A DNA stretch of 64,000 bases from NCBI GenBank assembly GCA_038231135.1, contig JBBRLX010000016.1, forward strand, positions 1 to 64,000, given 5' to 3'. The translations under genes were made by a program, and so were the position numbers. The DNA is from Candidatus Eiseniibacteriota bacterium. Lineage in GTDB: Bacteria > Eisenbacteria > RBG-16-71-46. Shown piece after piece: positions 43,108 to 55,048 of this stretch (positions are counted from its first letter, which is position 1; every line of letters begins with the position of its first letter). The notes beneath the pieces are model-generated. The model saw only the letters and a list, made by a program, of their open reading frames with translations. It had not been told where the DNA came from and did no database searches.

Positions 43108-43494
43108 TTAGCGGCCTCCCATGCCGGCGCCTTCGTTGTAGCAGTGTGACCGGCAGTCACGCTCCCGGTTGCGAAGGTCGAGCACCACGTTCTGATGCCG
43201 CGCGACTTCGCTCTTCCGGCAGGTCGCGTTGCCGCCGCAATGCTTCAGCGCATCACGGAACCTACGATTCTCCGCCTTGATCCCCTGCTGATAGTTCTTG
43301 CGGCAGTCGTGCACGCACTTGCCGTGACCGTGGCCGTTACCGTTCGCATCGTCGATGCTGGCGGTCTGATTGAGATCGAGGCCGGTGACGTTGTCCGACA
43401 CCGTCCGGCATTGCGACAGGCCCACGAGCGCGAGGGCGAGGGATCCACACAGAATGACGCGCGAGAAGATGCGGCGAGGGTGCTGAGCGTCCAT
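43108..43494 (-). CDS. Small secreted Cys-rich helical-hairpin protein, paralog A (128 aa)
   Basis: GGAG RBS; signal ending LVGLSQC; C-x3-C-x21-C-x5-C-x21-C-x3-C; ends CYNEGAGMGGR; paralog of 63581-63958. Confidence 0.85.
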   Translation of the reverse strand: MDAQHPRRIFSRVILCGSLALALVGLSQCRTVSDNVTGLDLNQTASIDDANGNGHGHGKCVHDCRKNYQQGIKAENRRFRDALKHCGGNATCRKSEVARHQNVVLDLRNRERDCRSHCYNEGAGMGGR

Positions 43495-43615
43495 TGCGTT
43501 CTCCATTTCGGATCGATCGATCGCGGTCGGCTCATGCGCCGCCGCCGACGGAAGACATCCGGCTCCCGGTGTCTTCACCGGGTCCGTTCCATGGTTACTA
43601 CTACCGGGCACGGTC

Positions 43616-43632
43616 AGCAGCAAGCATGCCAG
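43616..43632 (-). promoter_or_regulatory. sigma54-type promoter upstream of Cys-rich paralog A
   Basis: CTGGCATGCTTGCTGCT, GG-N10-GC. Confidence 0.55.
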
Positions 43633-43892
43633 CCATTTTTTCCGCATTTTGCGGGCAGAACCCGCCGTTCACACACCGTTGTGAAACCCGCGATATCAGG
43701 AGCAAACACCCGCGGCGTTCACCGGGTGTCCCTATCGTGAACCCGGGTATCGGCTCGGCCCGTTCCGAGGTGTAACGGTTTCCGGGAGCGTGTAGGTCCT
43801 ACACCCGGATCCGCAGAGGCCGGGCGACCGGGTCGGCGGGAAGTTCCGAGGAACAAGCGGAGCCCCGGCCGCGCCCGGAGCGCGGATCGTGT

Positions 43893-46800
43893 CTAGGGCT
43901 TCCGCGACACCGGCGCCTGGGCGGCGGACGCGCGGATGCCGTCGACACGGAACCCCGCATCCCGGCCGGCCCTGACCAGGCGGTCCACCAGTTCCTCGAT
44001 GTTCCGGCACTCGGCAGTCGTGCGGGCGGCCGAGGGTGGCGTGACCGCGCGCGACTCGCTCGCGGCGGCCGCCGCGAGCGTATGGAGCCATTCCTCCCAC
44101 GCTTCCTGGCTCAGCCACTCGATCCCCGCGTGATCGTGAACGTGCAGCACGCGGCGCACGCGGTCGGTGGTGAACCAGGCGTCGAGCAGCGTGGCGAGGT
44201 CGAGGTCGCCGCGGGCCACCGCCCGGAACGGTTCGGCGTTCTCGAGCCAGGCGGCGATCATCGCGGTGCGCCGGCCGGCGTCCGCGCGCGAACTGCCCAG
44301 CGCGTGCAGCGCGTCCTCGACGACGCGGTTCCAGCGCCATGTGACGAGCCGGTCCCGTGCCGCGGCGGCGCCATCGCGACCATCCGCGACACGGCCGAGT
44401 CCCGCCACCATCACGCCGGCCAGCAACGCGTCGACGGGAGCCGGTCCCGGTTCGAGCGCGAGCGCGGCCGCCAGGCGGTCGATCGTCTGTTCGCCAAGCG
44501 CGTGCAGGTCACCCGACCCGCCGCCATGATCACGCACCGCGGTCGCGGCCACATTCCAGCGTCCGGTCAGCTCGCCACGCAGCGCGCCCTCGAGCCCGGC
44601 CACGGGCGCCGGCTTGCCCTCGGCGTGCGCCGCGGCGCCGGCCGCCGCCGCGGTAGGAACGAGCTCCCCGCCCGCTTCCGGCACCGCCGGGCCGTCCGCA
44701 CCGGCGGTGGCCGCGGGGGCCGCGGGACGGCCCGCGCCGGACACGTCCGCACTTCGCCGCGCCGCCGTCACCAGCCGGCCGAGCACGTGCGGGTTCAGCC
44801 ATTCGCGGAACGGTCCGAGCAATGGCTCGAGCTGCAACTCGGCCAGCGCCTCCTCCATGTCCGGTACGCCGCGGCCCCCGAGCCGGGCCGCGAGCCGTGC
44901 CCACGGCCGCCCCGGCACATCGAGCTCCTCGCGAAATCCCAGGAACACCTGGCACTGATAGGCCTCGAGCACCACGTGGAGCCCGCGATCGTGCAGCTCG
45001 GGGGTGCTTCGCAGGAATTCCAGCTGGGAACGCTGCTCGCGGAACACGCAGAACCGGTCGGAGCCGCGGCCGAGGCCGAGCCCGTGCGCGAGCGTCCGGC
45101 GGCGCAGCACCCGCGCATCGCCCCGCCCCTCGGCGACCGCCACCGCACCATGGATCCAGCCGTCGGTACGGGCGAACCGGTTGTGATAGAGCACGAGCGC
45201 GCGTTCGTCGCCGGCGCGATTCGAATAGGCGAACACGTCCTCGTTGACCCCGCCGCCCGTCGTGAAGTCGTAGAGCTGGAACGCATGGGCCTCGGCGAAC
45301 ACCCGGCGGCGATGAAGCAACGGGACGATCTCGTGCTCGTGGCGCGCCACGAGCCCCAGGTCCGGGGTCTCGTCGCGGCCCGCGCGGCGGAACTCCATGC
45401 CGTAGCGCTCCGTGAAACCTTCGAACTGCCCGTGCCCGAACATCGGCAGGCCGGGCAGCGTCACCATCAGGGTGCACACGCCGAAGTACTTGTCGCCGGT
45501 GCCGAATTGGTCGACGGCGGTGCGCTCGTCGGGGTTGCTCATGAAGTTCACGTAGCGCTTGAGAATCTCGGGATCGAACTCGAGGGTGTTCCGGATCACG
45601 GCGCGATAGTTCGCATTGTCCTCGTCGCGCAGCATGTTCATGAACGCGCTGTTGTAGACGCGGTGCATGCCGAGCGTCCGTACGAAGTACCCTTCCATGA
45701 GCCAGAACGCCTCGGCCAGCAGCAGCGTGTCGGGACTCTCTTTGGCGACGCGGTCCACGACCTCGCGCCAGAACTCCACGGGCATCGCGCGGTCGAACTC
45801 CGCGCGCGTGAGCCCGTGCTCCGCGCGCGACGGAATCGCTCCGCCGCCGCCGGGCTCCGGGAACCACAGCCGCTGGTAGTGCTTCTTCGCCAGCGTCATC
45901 GCGGCGTCGAGCCGGATCACCGGGAACCGCCTCGCCACCTCGAGGATCGTGCCGATCACGGCGTTCCGCACCTCGGCCTGCAGATAGTCGAGCTGCGCCG
46001 TGTCGTTCCACGGCATCGAGGTGCCGTCGTTCCCATGGTAGACGTAGCGCACGTCGCCCGAGCCGCGCTCCGCGCGGCGGAACACCACCGCCGCGTCGGT
46101 GCGGTCGTAGTAGTGATCCTCGAGCTGGATCGTGACGTTCGGATCCCACGACAGGTCGGGACCGTGGAACGTGTAGCCCGGGAACGGGCTGTCGCGCAGC
46201 GACAGGAACCAGTCGGGATGCTCCACGACCCAGCGCGAGTCGATGCCCATGTGGTTCGGCACCATGTCGCTCGCGAGCCTTATCCCGTGGTGCTCGAGCC
46301 GGGCGCTCAGCGCGTCGCACGCGGCCTCGCCGCCGAGCGATCCCGCGATGCGGTACTCGAGCAGCGAGTAGGCCGACGCGTCGGCATCGGGATTGCCGGT
46401 GAGTTGCTTGATGCGCCGCGACGCCGGGCTCCGCTCCCACAACCCGATCAGCCACAGCGAGTTGATTCCCCAGCGCGCGAGCCGTTCCAGCTCCGGCTCG
46501 GGAATCTGGTCGAGCCGGTCGACGGGTTGCGAGTAGGCGCGCGCGAGCTGGTCGAGCCACACCTGGGCGCTCTTCGCCATCAGCACGACCTGCGGCATCC
46601 AGTCGCGATCGGGCGTGAACCGCTCGGTTTCCTGCTCATGGCCGCCGAACGTCGCGACCTGGCCCCGCATGTCGCCGCCGGGCGCCGCACCCCGCCGCAT
46701 GCGTTCGGCGCGCTCGTCCTCGCGGATCACGTCGAGCGTCGTGAGCAGCCGGTCGAGAAACGCGCCGAGCAGATCACCCCACCGCCGCCTGATGTAGTCG

Positions 46801-47480
46801 AGCTGACCGGACAGCGAGTGCGGTGCTTCGATGCGCGGACTCTCGAGCATGCGAATCAGCGGTTCCTGGTCCGGACCGAACCCCGGCTCGCGGTCGAAGA
46901 ACTCGCGCAGCGCCTCGATCGCGCCGGCGTAGCCGGTCGCGGCGAGCGGCGCGTCGTCGAACAGCTCGCGGTACGGTTCGAACGCGGGATTGGTGTTCGC
47001 GAGCGCCAGCATCAGCAACTCCTCCAGCATCGGCTCGCGATGCGGCACCCCCGCCGTCGAGCCGGCCAGATAGGCGTCGAGCCCGAGCTCGCCGCGATGC
47101 ACCGCCAGCGGCGGAAACGTGTCGCCGAACGCGTGCAGCAGCGCCTGGAACCGCGCGGCACCGAGCCGCGACTCGACGTGCCGGGCCGCCCGCGCGACCA
47201 CGTCGCGCGACACCTGCTCGCGGTAGAGCGCCGCCACGTAGTGCAGGATCTCGTCGATCAGGCCGAGCGCGTGGAGCTGACCGGTTGGCACGGTGAGCTC
47301 GGGATGCCTGCTCGAGTCCCGGGCCTGGTTCATCCGCCACGCCAGCCGGCGCGTCGCCGCGGGATCGGCGAGGACCACGTTGCCGGTGAGCGAGAACCAC
47401 GGCATGTCGATGCCGTAACGCTCGCGTGCGGCGCGCGAGACGTGGAACTCCATCGTGATCGGCCGGGGGTCCTGGGTCAT
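43893..47480 (-). CDS. Alpha-amylase family (GH13) glycoside hydrolase, large type
   Basis: DMVPNH, RLDAAM, LAEAFW, NFMSNPDE, LPGLPMFGHGQ. Confidence 0.9.
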   Translation of the reverse strand: MTQDPRPITMEFHVSRAARERYGIDMPWFSLTGNVVLADPAATRRLAWRMNQARDSSRHPELTVPTGQLHALGLIDEILHYVAALYREQVSRDVVARAARHVESRLGAARFQALLHAFGDTFPPLAVHRGELGLDAYLAGSTAGVPHREPMLEELLMLALANTNPAFEPYRELFDDAPLAATGYAGAIEALREFFDREPGFGPDQEPLIRMLESPRIEAPHSLSGQLDYIRRRWGDLLGAFLDRLLTTLDVIREDERAERMRRGAAPGGDMRGQVATFGGHEQETERFTPDRDWMPQVVLMAKSAQVWLDQLARAYSQPVDRLDQIPEPELERLARWGINSLWLIGLWERSPASRRIKQLTGNPDADASAYSLLEYRIAGSLGGEAACDALSARLEHHGIRLASDMVPNHMGIDSRWVVEHPDWFLSLRDSPFPGYTFHGPDLSWDPNVTIQLEDHYYDRTDAAVVFRRAERGSGDVRYVYHGNDGTSMPWNDTAQLDYLQAEVRNAVIGTILEVARRFPVIRLDAAMTLAKKHYQRLWFPEPGGGGAIPSRAEHGLTRAEFDRAMPVEFWREVVDRVAKESPDTLLLAEAFWLMEGYFVRTLGMHRVYNSAFMNMLRDEDNANYRAVIRNTLEFDPEILKRYVNFMSNPDERTAVDQFGTGDKYFGVCTLMVTLPGLPMFGHGQFEGFTERYGMEFRRAGRDETPDLGLVARHEHEIVPLLHRRRVFAEAHAFQLYDFTTGGGVNEDVFAYSNRAGDERALVLYHNRFARTDGWIHGAVAVAEGRGDARVLRRRTLAHGLGLGRGSDRFCVFREQRSQLEFLRSTPELHDRGLHVVLEAYQCQVFLGFREELDVPGRPWARLAARLGGRGVPDMEEALAELQLEPLLGPFREWLNPHVLGRLVTAARRSADVSGAGRPAAPAATAGADGPAVPEAGGELVPTAAAAGAAAHAEGKPAPVAGLEGALRGELTGRWNVAATAVRDHGGGSGDLHALGEQTIDRLAAALALEPGPAPVDALLAGVMVAGLGRVADGRDGAAAARDRLVTWRWNRVVEDALHALGSSRADAGRRTAMIAAWLENAEPFRAVARGDLDLATLLDAWFTTDRVRRVLHVHDHAGIEWLSQEAWEEWLHTLAAAAASESRAVTPPSAARTTAECRNIEELVDRLVRAGRDAGFRVDGIRASAAQAPVSRKP

Positions 47481-47631
47481 CGGATTTCCGGATGGGTGCG
47501 GAGCTTGGCCCGCGCCGGCGTTCGGTTCGCCGCCGGTATTCGGGGATGCGCGGACAGTGCATCGTAGCAGACCGAGCCGCGCCCCGTTCCCGCCGCTGGC
47601 GGAGGGGTCCGGGATCGCGCACCATGGAGTG

Positions 47632-49397
47632 ATGAGCGACCCCGAGTCCCGCGCGCTGGCCGCACGCGGCGCCGAAGTCATCCTGGCGGCGTTCCGGATG
47701 TATCTCGAGCGGTTCCGCGAGCTGACCCACCTCGCCCGCGGGCACTTCGAGCGCCGCGAATGGCACGCCATGCACGACGTCTCCACGCGCCGCCTCGACC
47801 TCTACACGCTGCGCGTCGACGCGGGCATCGCGGCGCTGGGCGTGCTGCTGGGGCCGCGCCTCGAGAGCCGCGGGTTCTGGACTCCGATCCGCGCCGCCTA
47901 TGAACGGGCGATTGCCGGCGATCGCGATGACGACCTGGCGGAGACGTTCTTCAATTCCTTCACCCGCCGGATCTTCCACACCATCGGCGTCGATCCCGGC
48001 GTGGAATTCGTGATCCCGGCGTCGCCGTACGTGCGCGTATTCGGCCAGCCGTGGAGCCTGACGGCGACGTTCACCCCCCGCGACACCCACGCCGGCCTCT
48101 ACCAGGACGTGCTCGAGCACTACCGGTTCGATGTCCCCTGGGACGACGCGGCGGGTGACGCGGCGCGCATCGCCGCGGCGGTCGAGGCCGAGCTCGGCGC
48201 CGCGGCCACGTCGCTGGAACTCGTGCGCTCGGTGTTCTACCGCAATACCGCCGCCTATATCGTGGGCAAGCTCCGCGCCGGCGACCTCGAACGCCCGTTC
48301 CTGCTCGCGCTGTCGAACCCCGCGGAACGCATCGAGGTCGACGCGGTGCTGCTCACCGTCGACGAGGTGAGCATCGTGTTCAGTTTCGCGCGGTCGTATT
48401 TCCTCGTCGAGATGGACTCGCCGCGCGAGCTGGTCGAATTCCTGAGATCGATCATGCCGCTCAAGCCGATCGCCGAGCTGTTCATCGCGGTCGGCTGCAA
48501 CAAGCACGGCAAGACCGAGCTGTACCGCTCGCTGCTGAATCACCTGCGCAAGACCGACGAGCCGTTCGAGATCGCCCCGGGCCAGCGCGGCATGGTGATG
48601 AGCGTGTTCACGCTGCCGGGGTTCGACGTGGTGTTCAAGGTGCTGCGCGATCGCTTCGCGCCCCCGAAGACGGTCACGCACGCGGAGGTGCTCGAGAAGT
48701 ACCGGATGGTGTTCCGGCACGACCGCGCGGGCCGGCTGGTGGACGCCCAGGAGTTCGAACACCTGGCGTTCGACCGGCGGCGGTTCTCGGACGCCCTGCT
48801 CGAGGAACTGACCACCTCGGCGTCGAATTCCATCCAGCTGGGGGGCGACCGGGTGGTGTTCCGGCGCCTGTTCACCGAGCGCCGCCTCCGTCCGCTCGAC
48901 ATGTACCTGCCCGAATCCTCCCCGGAGGCGGCCCGGGAGGCGGTGGTGGACTATGGCCAGGTGCTCCGGGACCTTGCCGCGACGAACATCTTCCCGGGTG
49001 ATATGCTGCTGAAGAACTTCGGCGTGTCGCGCCACGGCCGGCTGATCTTCTATGATTACGATGAGTTGTGCCGTCTGACCGACTGCAATTTCCGCACGCT
49101 CCCGCCCGCGCGCCACGCCGATGAGGAGCTGGCGCAGGAGCCGTGGTTCTACGTCGGCGAGCGCGACATCTTTCCCGAGGAGTTCCGGGCGTTTCTGGGT
49201 CTCGACGGCCCGCTGCTCGAAACGTTCCTCGGGGCGCACGCCGAGTTGCTCGAAGCCGGGTTCTGGCGCCGCATGCAGGAGCTGCACGAACGCGGCGAAG
49301 TGCTCGATGTGTTTCCATACAAGGACTCGCGGCGGTTGCGCCGCGTGCCACCGGCGCCGGCCGAGACCCGCGCCGTCCCACCCCGGGGAGCCGGATC

Positions 49398-49401
<4 letters not shown>
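47632..49401 (+). CDS. aceK: Isocitrate dehydrogenase kinase/phosphatase
   Basis: [74 protein letters not shown]. Confidence 0.96.
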
Positions 49402-50681
<1,280 letters not shown>

Positions 50682-50757
50682 CGGCCCGTTCCATGCATTG
50701 CTTCCCCATGAGACACACGCGCTGAACACACCCGACCAGGAAACGAGAGCCAAGAAC

Positions 50758-52596
50758 ATGATCGATGATCGAACCCCGGACTCCGAAGCACCGGCGCCAG
50801 CCGCCACTCCCACCCTCGACGAGGACGACGCCGGATCCACGGCGGAGTTCGCGACGGTGCTCGCCGAGCACGAGCGCGCCACGCACGTGGCCGCGGACGT
50901 CGTCCGCGAATTCGAGGTCGGCGCCCGGGTGCGGGGAACCCTGATCTCGATCGGAGACGAGCACTCGCTCGTCGATGTCGGTGGCCGCAGCGAAGGCGTG
51001 ATCGAGACCCGCCATCTCAAGAACGAGTCCGGCGCCCTCGAGCGGCAGGTGGGGGACGCGCTGGAGTTGTTCGTGGTTCAGGCGGGCGATTCGCTCGTCC
51101 TCGCTCCCTCCGTCAAGGCGGAGCCGAAGGCCGCGCTGCAGCAGTTGCGCGAGGCGCTCGCGAGCAGGATCCCGGTGTCGGGCAAGGTCACCGGCCGGAA
51201 TGCCGGCGGGCTCGAAGTCGACGTGTCGGGCGTGCGCGGATTCTGTCCGGCGTCGCAGATCGAACTGGGATTCTGCGCCGACCCGTCGGTCTACGTGGGG
51301 CGGACGCTCGAATTCCTCGTCACCGAGATCAAGGACGGCCGCAACGTCGTGATGTCGCGGCGCGGGCTGCTCAAGCGCGCGTCCGAGGAGCAGGGCAAGC
51401 GCCTGCTCGATACCATCAAGCCCGGCGACGATCTCAAGGGTCGCGTCGCGCGGCTCGAGCCGTTCGGCGCGTTCGTCGATCTCGGGGGCATCGACGGGCT
51501 CGTGCACGTCTCCGAGATTCGCCACGACCGCACCGGGCATCCGTCCGAGGCGCTCAAGGTCGGCGAGTCCGTCCAGGTGCGCGTGCTGCGGGTCGACAAG
51601 GGCAAGGACGGCAAGCCGAGGGTGGCGCTGTCCATCAAGGCGGCCGCGCCCGATCCGTGGGTCGGCATCGAGACCCGCTTCGCCGCCGGCGATCGCGTCA
51701 CCGGCACGGTGGTGAGGCTCACCGATTTCGGGGCGTTCGTGAACCTCGCCCCCGGCATCGACGGACTCGTGCACGTATCCGAGGTCTCGTCGCATCCGGT
51801 CGCGCACGCCAAGGACGTGCTCGCGCCGCAGCAGCAGATCGAAGCCGTCGTGCTCGGCGTGGATCCGGTGAAGAAGCGCATCGCGCTGTCGATTCGCGAT
51901 GCCGCCGCCGGCGCCTCGGCGGTCCCGGATCGCATGCCCAAGGCGGGCGAGACGGCGGAAGGCTTCGTGTCGGGCATCAAGCCGTTTGGCCTGTTCGTCG
52001 ATCTGCCGGCGTTCGGACGGCGCGCGCGCGGGCTCGTGCCGCGCGAGGAAACGGGTGCGCCCCGGGACTCCGATCTCACGCGGGAGTTCACGACCGGCCA
52101 GGCACTCGAAGTCGAAGTCGTCGACGTGAAGGACGGCAGGATCAGGCTGCGAATGCGCGGCGTGACCACGGCGGTGGAAGGCGCGGTCACGCCGGGCGGC
52201 GTGCGCGTCGTCGAGTCGCGGCCGCCCATGGATCGCGAAGCGGGACGCGAGGGCTCGCGCGAAGGCGGCCGTGACGGACGGCGCACCGAGGGCCGGGGTG
52301 GCGACGCCCGCGGCGGCCGGCGCGACGAGGGCCGTGGCGCGGGCGGCGGTGGCGGGGCGGGCCGTGCGCCGCGGGGCGGCGGCGGCCGGCGCGATGTGGG
52401 TCGCGGGGAAGCCCACGATACGCATGGCGGGCGCGATGACGGCCGGACAGGCGGCCGCGACGAGTCGCGCGACAACCGGCGCGATTCGCGGCCCGTGCAG
52501 ATTCCGCAACGGCAGCCGGACAACGAACCCACCGTGATGGCGCTCGCGTTCAAGAAGGCGCTGGAGAAGGCTCGCGAGAAGGAACAGAAGTCCTGA
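50758..52596 (+). CDS. S1 RNA-binding protein (ribosomal protein S1-like, five S1 repeats, RGG-rich tail)
   Basis: S1 repeats including FGAFVDLGGIDGLVHVSEI and FGAFVNLAPGIDGLVHVSEV; Gly/Arg/Asp-rich C-terminal region. Confidence 0.88.
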   Translation: MIDDRTPDSEAPAPAATPTLDEDDAGSTAEFATVLAEHERATHVAADVVREFEVGARVRGTLISIGDEHSLVDVGGRSEGVIETRHLKNESGALERQVGDALELFVVQAGDSLVLAPSVKAEPKAALQQLREALASRIPVSGKVTGRNAGGLEVDVSGVRGFCPASQIELGFCADPSVYVGRTLEFLVTEIKDGRNVVMSRRGLLKRASEEQGKRLLDTIKPGDDLKGRVARLEPFGAFVDLGGIDGLVHVSEIRHDRTGHPSEALKVGESVQVRVLRVDKGKDGKPRVALSIKAAAPDPWVGIETRFAAGDRVTGTVVRLTDFGAFVNLAPGIDGLVHVSEVSSHPVAHAKDVLAPQQQIEAVVLGVDPVKKRIALSIRDAAAGASAVPDRMPKAGETAEGFVSGIKPFGLFVDLPAFGRRARGLVPREETGAPRDSDLTREFTTGQALEVEVVDVKDGRIRLRMRGVTTAVEGAVTPGGVRVVESRPPMDREAGREGSREGGRDGRRTEGRGGDARGGRRDEGRGAGGGGGAGRAPRGGGGRRDVGRGEAHDTHGGRDDGRTGGRDESRDNRRDSRPVQIPQRQPDNEPTVMALAFKKALEKAREKEQKS

Positions 52597-52934
52597 GCAG
52601 CGGACGCGTCCGGCCGGGGCTGCCGGAGGATGCGTCGGAAGGGGAGCCTGCACGCCTTCGAGCGGCTTCCTCCATTCGGCCCGATGTCCTGCCTTGCGCC
52701 ACCCGCCAGTGACGCTGCGTTTCCAACGGTCCGATCGGCGCCGGCTCCCCCGCCGTGACGCACCGGCATGACAGGGCAATTCGGGGGCCGGAATTGCACA
52801 GATTGTGTTAACGCCATGCCTTCACGCCTGATGTCGCAGACAGTTCCCGCTTTACGTGAAGATGGCTCGGGGGATTCTGTCGTCAGGCCTTTACAGCCCC
52901 GGGGATGCGAGCGCTGGCGTCCCGCCGGGATCGA

Positions 52935-53618
52935 TCAGCGGTAGAGGTTGCGGAGGCGTCCCCAGGTCGTGGGGATCGTGGGCGTGTTGTGCCCCACGAG
53001 TTGGAACCGGTCGACGCCCACGTCACCCGTCACGAGATCGGGCGACTGGGTGAATGGGGCCTGGTCGTGGCGGATCAGCACGATCTGCACCCCCTGCAAT
53101 GCGCTCGTCCAGCCCAGACCGTTGTCGGTGATGATGTGCGTGAACTTCGTGGAATCGCGGACGTCGACGACGAATTCCGCCCACGTGTTCGCCGGGGGCA
53201 CGAAGCCCTGGTTGTACTGCCACAGGTTCGCGCCGGAACCGAACGCGAAGTGGATCTCGAGCGGATTCGCGGCGCCGACGTCGTTCAGGCAGAAGCGCAC
53301 CTCGAACACCCCCGCCGCGAGCCAGTCGCCGGCATATTCGGCGCCGCTCGACTTGGCGCCGAGGTGCCCGTTGGCGGGGGTCGCGAGCAACAGGTAGCCG
53401 TCCGCGGCGCCGTCGACGCCGCCGGTGCCGGGATTCGTCACCGTCCCCCCGCCGCCCGCGCCGCCGTCCCACGTGCTCGTGTCGTGGGTCCAGTTCTCGA
53501 CGAACCCCGGAACGGGCGCGGCGGCCGCGACGGCCACGGCCACGCCGCCGGATGCTGCGAACGCCAGTGCCACCGCGAAGCGGCGGCGCGAATCGAAATA
53601 CGCAATCGTTCGTTGCAC
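52935..53618 (-). CDS. Secreted beta-sandwich protein with a C-terminal TWGRLRNLYR tail
   Basis: Ala-rich signal peptide; ..GDWLAAGV..GVDRF..; ends TPTIPTTWGRLRNLYR. Confidence 0.8.
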   Translation of the reverse strand: MQRTIAYFDSRRRFAVALAFAASGGVAVAVAAAAPVPGFVENWTHDTSTWDGGAGGGGTVTNPGTGGVDGAADGYLLLATPANGHLGAKSSGAEYAGDWLAAGVFEVRFCLNDVGAANPLEIHFAFGSGANLWQYNQGFVPPANTWAEFVVDVRDSTKFTHIITDNGLGWTSALQGVQIVLIRHDQAPFTQSPDLVTGDVGVDRFQLVGHNTPTIPTTWGRLRNLYR

Positions 53619-53712
53619 GGAACCCTCGAGACTGGGCCGGACCGGCGTTCGGAACGCACGGACATGCGGTCGACGCGAGGATAACCTATCCTCAGCACAC
53701 GGAGGGTTTCCA

Positions 53713-55029
53713 ATGACTCATCGCAAGCGGCTCGCGATCCTCGTTGCCGGGGGTCCCGCGCCCGGCATCAACAGCGTGATCGGCGCCGCCACCATTCGTG
53801 CCGCCATCGAGAACGTCGAGGTGCTCGGCATCGAAGACGGCTTCGAATGGCTCATGCAGGGCGACATCGACCACGTCCGGCCGCTGACGATCGCCGGCGT
53901 GAGCCGCATCCATTTCCGCGGCGGCTCGCACATCGGGATCTCGCGCGCGAACCCCACGACCGACTCCGAGCACCTCGAGAACACCGTGATGTCGCTGCTG
54001 CGGCTCGGCGTCGAGGACCTGATCACGATCGGGGGCGACGACACGATGTTCTCGGCGATGCGGCTCGAGCAGCAGGCGCAGGGGCGCATCCATATCGTCC
54101 ATGTGCCCAAGTCGATCGACAACGATCTCGACCTGCCGCCGTACGTAGACACGTTCGGCTACCAGACCGCCCGGCACGTCGGTGTCGAGTTGCTCGAGAG
54201 CCTGATGGTCGACGCCAAGACCACGTCGCGCTGGTACTTCGTGATCGCCATGGGCCGCAAGGCCGGCCACCTGGCGCTCGGCATGGGCAAGGCGGCGGGC
54301 GCCACGCTCACGCTGATCGCGGAGGAATTCGTGTCGCGGCCGATCCGGCTGAAGACGCTGGTCGACACGCTGGCGGGCGCCGTGATCAAGCGGCTCAACG
54401 ACGGCCGGCGCGACGGCGTGGCGGTGATCGCCGAGGGCGTCGTGCTCGACCTCGATCCCGGCGACCTGGCGCTCGTCGAGGAGGCGGAGCACGACGACCA
54501 CGGCAACCTGCGCATCGCCGAGGTCAACATTGGCGAGATCCTGAAGCACGCCGTGCAGCAGCGGCTCCGCACGTTCGGCATCCCGGCCACGATCGTCGCG
54601 AAGAACATCGGCTACGAGCTGCGCTGCGCGGACCCGATCCCGTTCGACATGGATTACACGCGCGACCTGGGTTACTGCGCGACCAAGGCGCTGCTGTCCG
54701 GTTTCAACGCGATCACGGTGTCGATGCAGGCCGGCCACTTCGTGCCGATTCCGTTCACGACGCTGATCGATCCCGCCACCGGGCGCGCGCGCATCCGGCT
54801 GGTGGACGTGCGGTCCACGCGCTACGCGATCGCGCGGCGCTACATGATCCGGCTGCGCCGTGACGATTTCGAGGATGCCCACGCGCTGGCGAAATTCGCC
54901 GCGACCGCGGGACTGTCGCTCGAGGAGTTCCGCGAGCAGTTCGAATCGCTGGTGGCCGACGAGCCACCGCATCTCGACCTCGGCCCGCCGCCGCCGGTCG
55001 AGCACGACTCCGCGGCGCGCCGCCGGTGA
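53713..55029 (+). CDS. pfp: Pyrophosphate-dependent phosphofructokinase
   Basis: GGPAPG, GGDD and PKSIDND (PPi-specific Asp/Lys), MGR, GYELRC; GGAGG RBS. Confidence 0.92.
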   Translation: MTHRKRLAILVAGGPAPGINSVIGAATIRAAIENVEVLGIEDGFEWLMQGDIDHVRPLTIAGVSRIHFRGGSHIGISRANPTTDSEHLENTVMSLLRLGVEDLITIGGDDTMFSAMRLEQQAQGRIHIVHVPKSIDNDLDLPPYVDTFGYQTARHVGVELLESLMVDAKTTSRWYFVIAMGRKAGHLALGMGKAAGATLTLIAEEFVSRPIRLKTLVDTLAGAVIKRLNDGRRDGVAVIAEGVVLDLDPGDLALVEEAEHDDHGNLRIAEVNIGEILKHAVQQRLRTFGIPATIVAKNIGYELRCADPIPFDMDYTRDLGYCATKALLSGFNAITVSMQAGHFVPIPFTTLIDPATGRARIRLVDVRSTRYAIARRYMIRLRRDDFEDAHALAKFAATAGLSLEEFREQFESLVADEPPHLDLGPPPPVEHDSAARRR

Positions 55030-55048
55030 CCGCCGCGCGCCGGCGCGA

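Noticed and set aside
44082..49287. 1161-aa plus and 837-aa minus ORFs
   Set aside because: Antisense shadows of the GH13 and aceK genes
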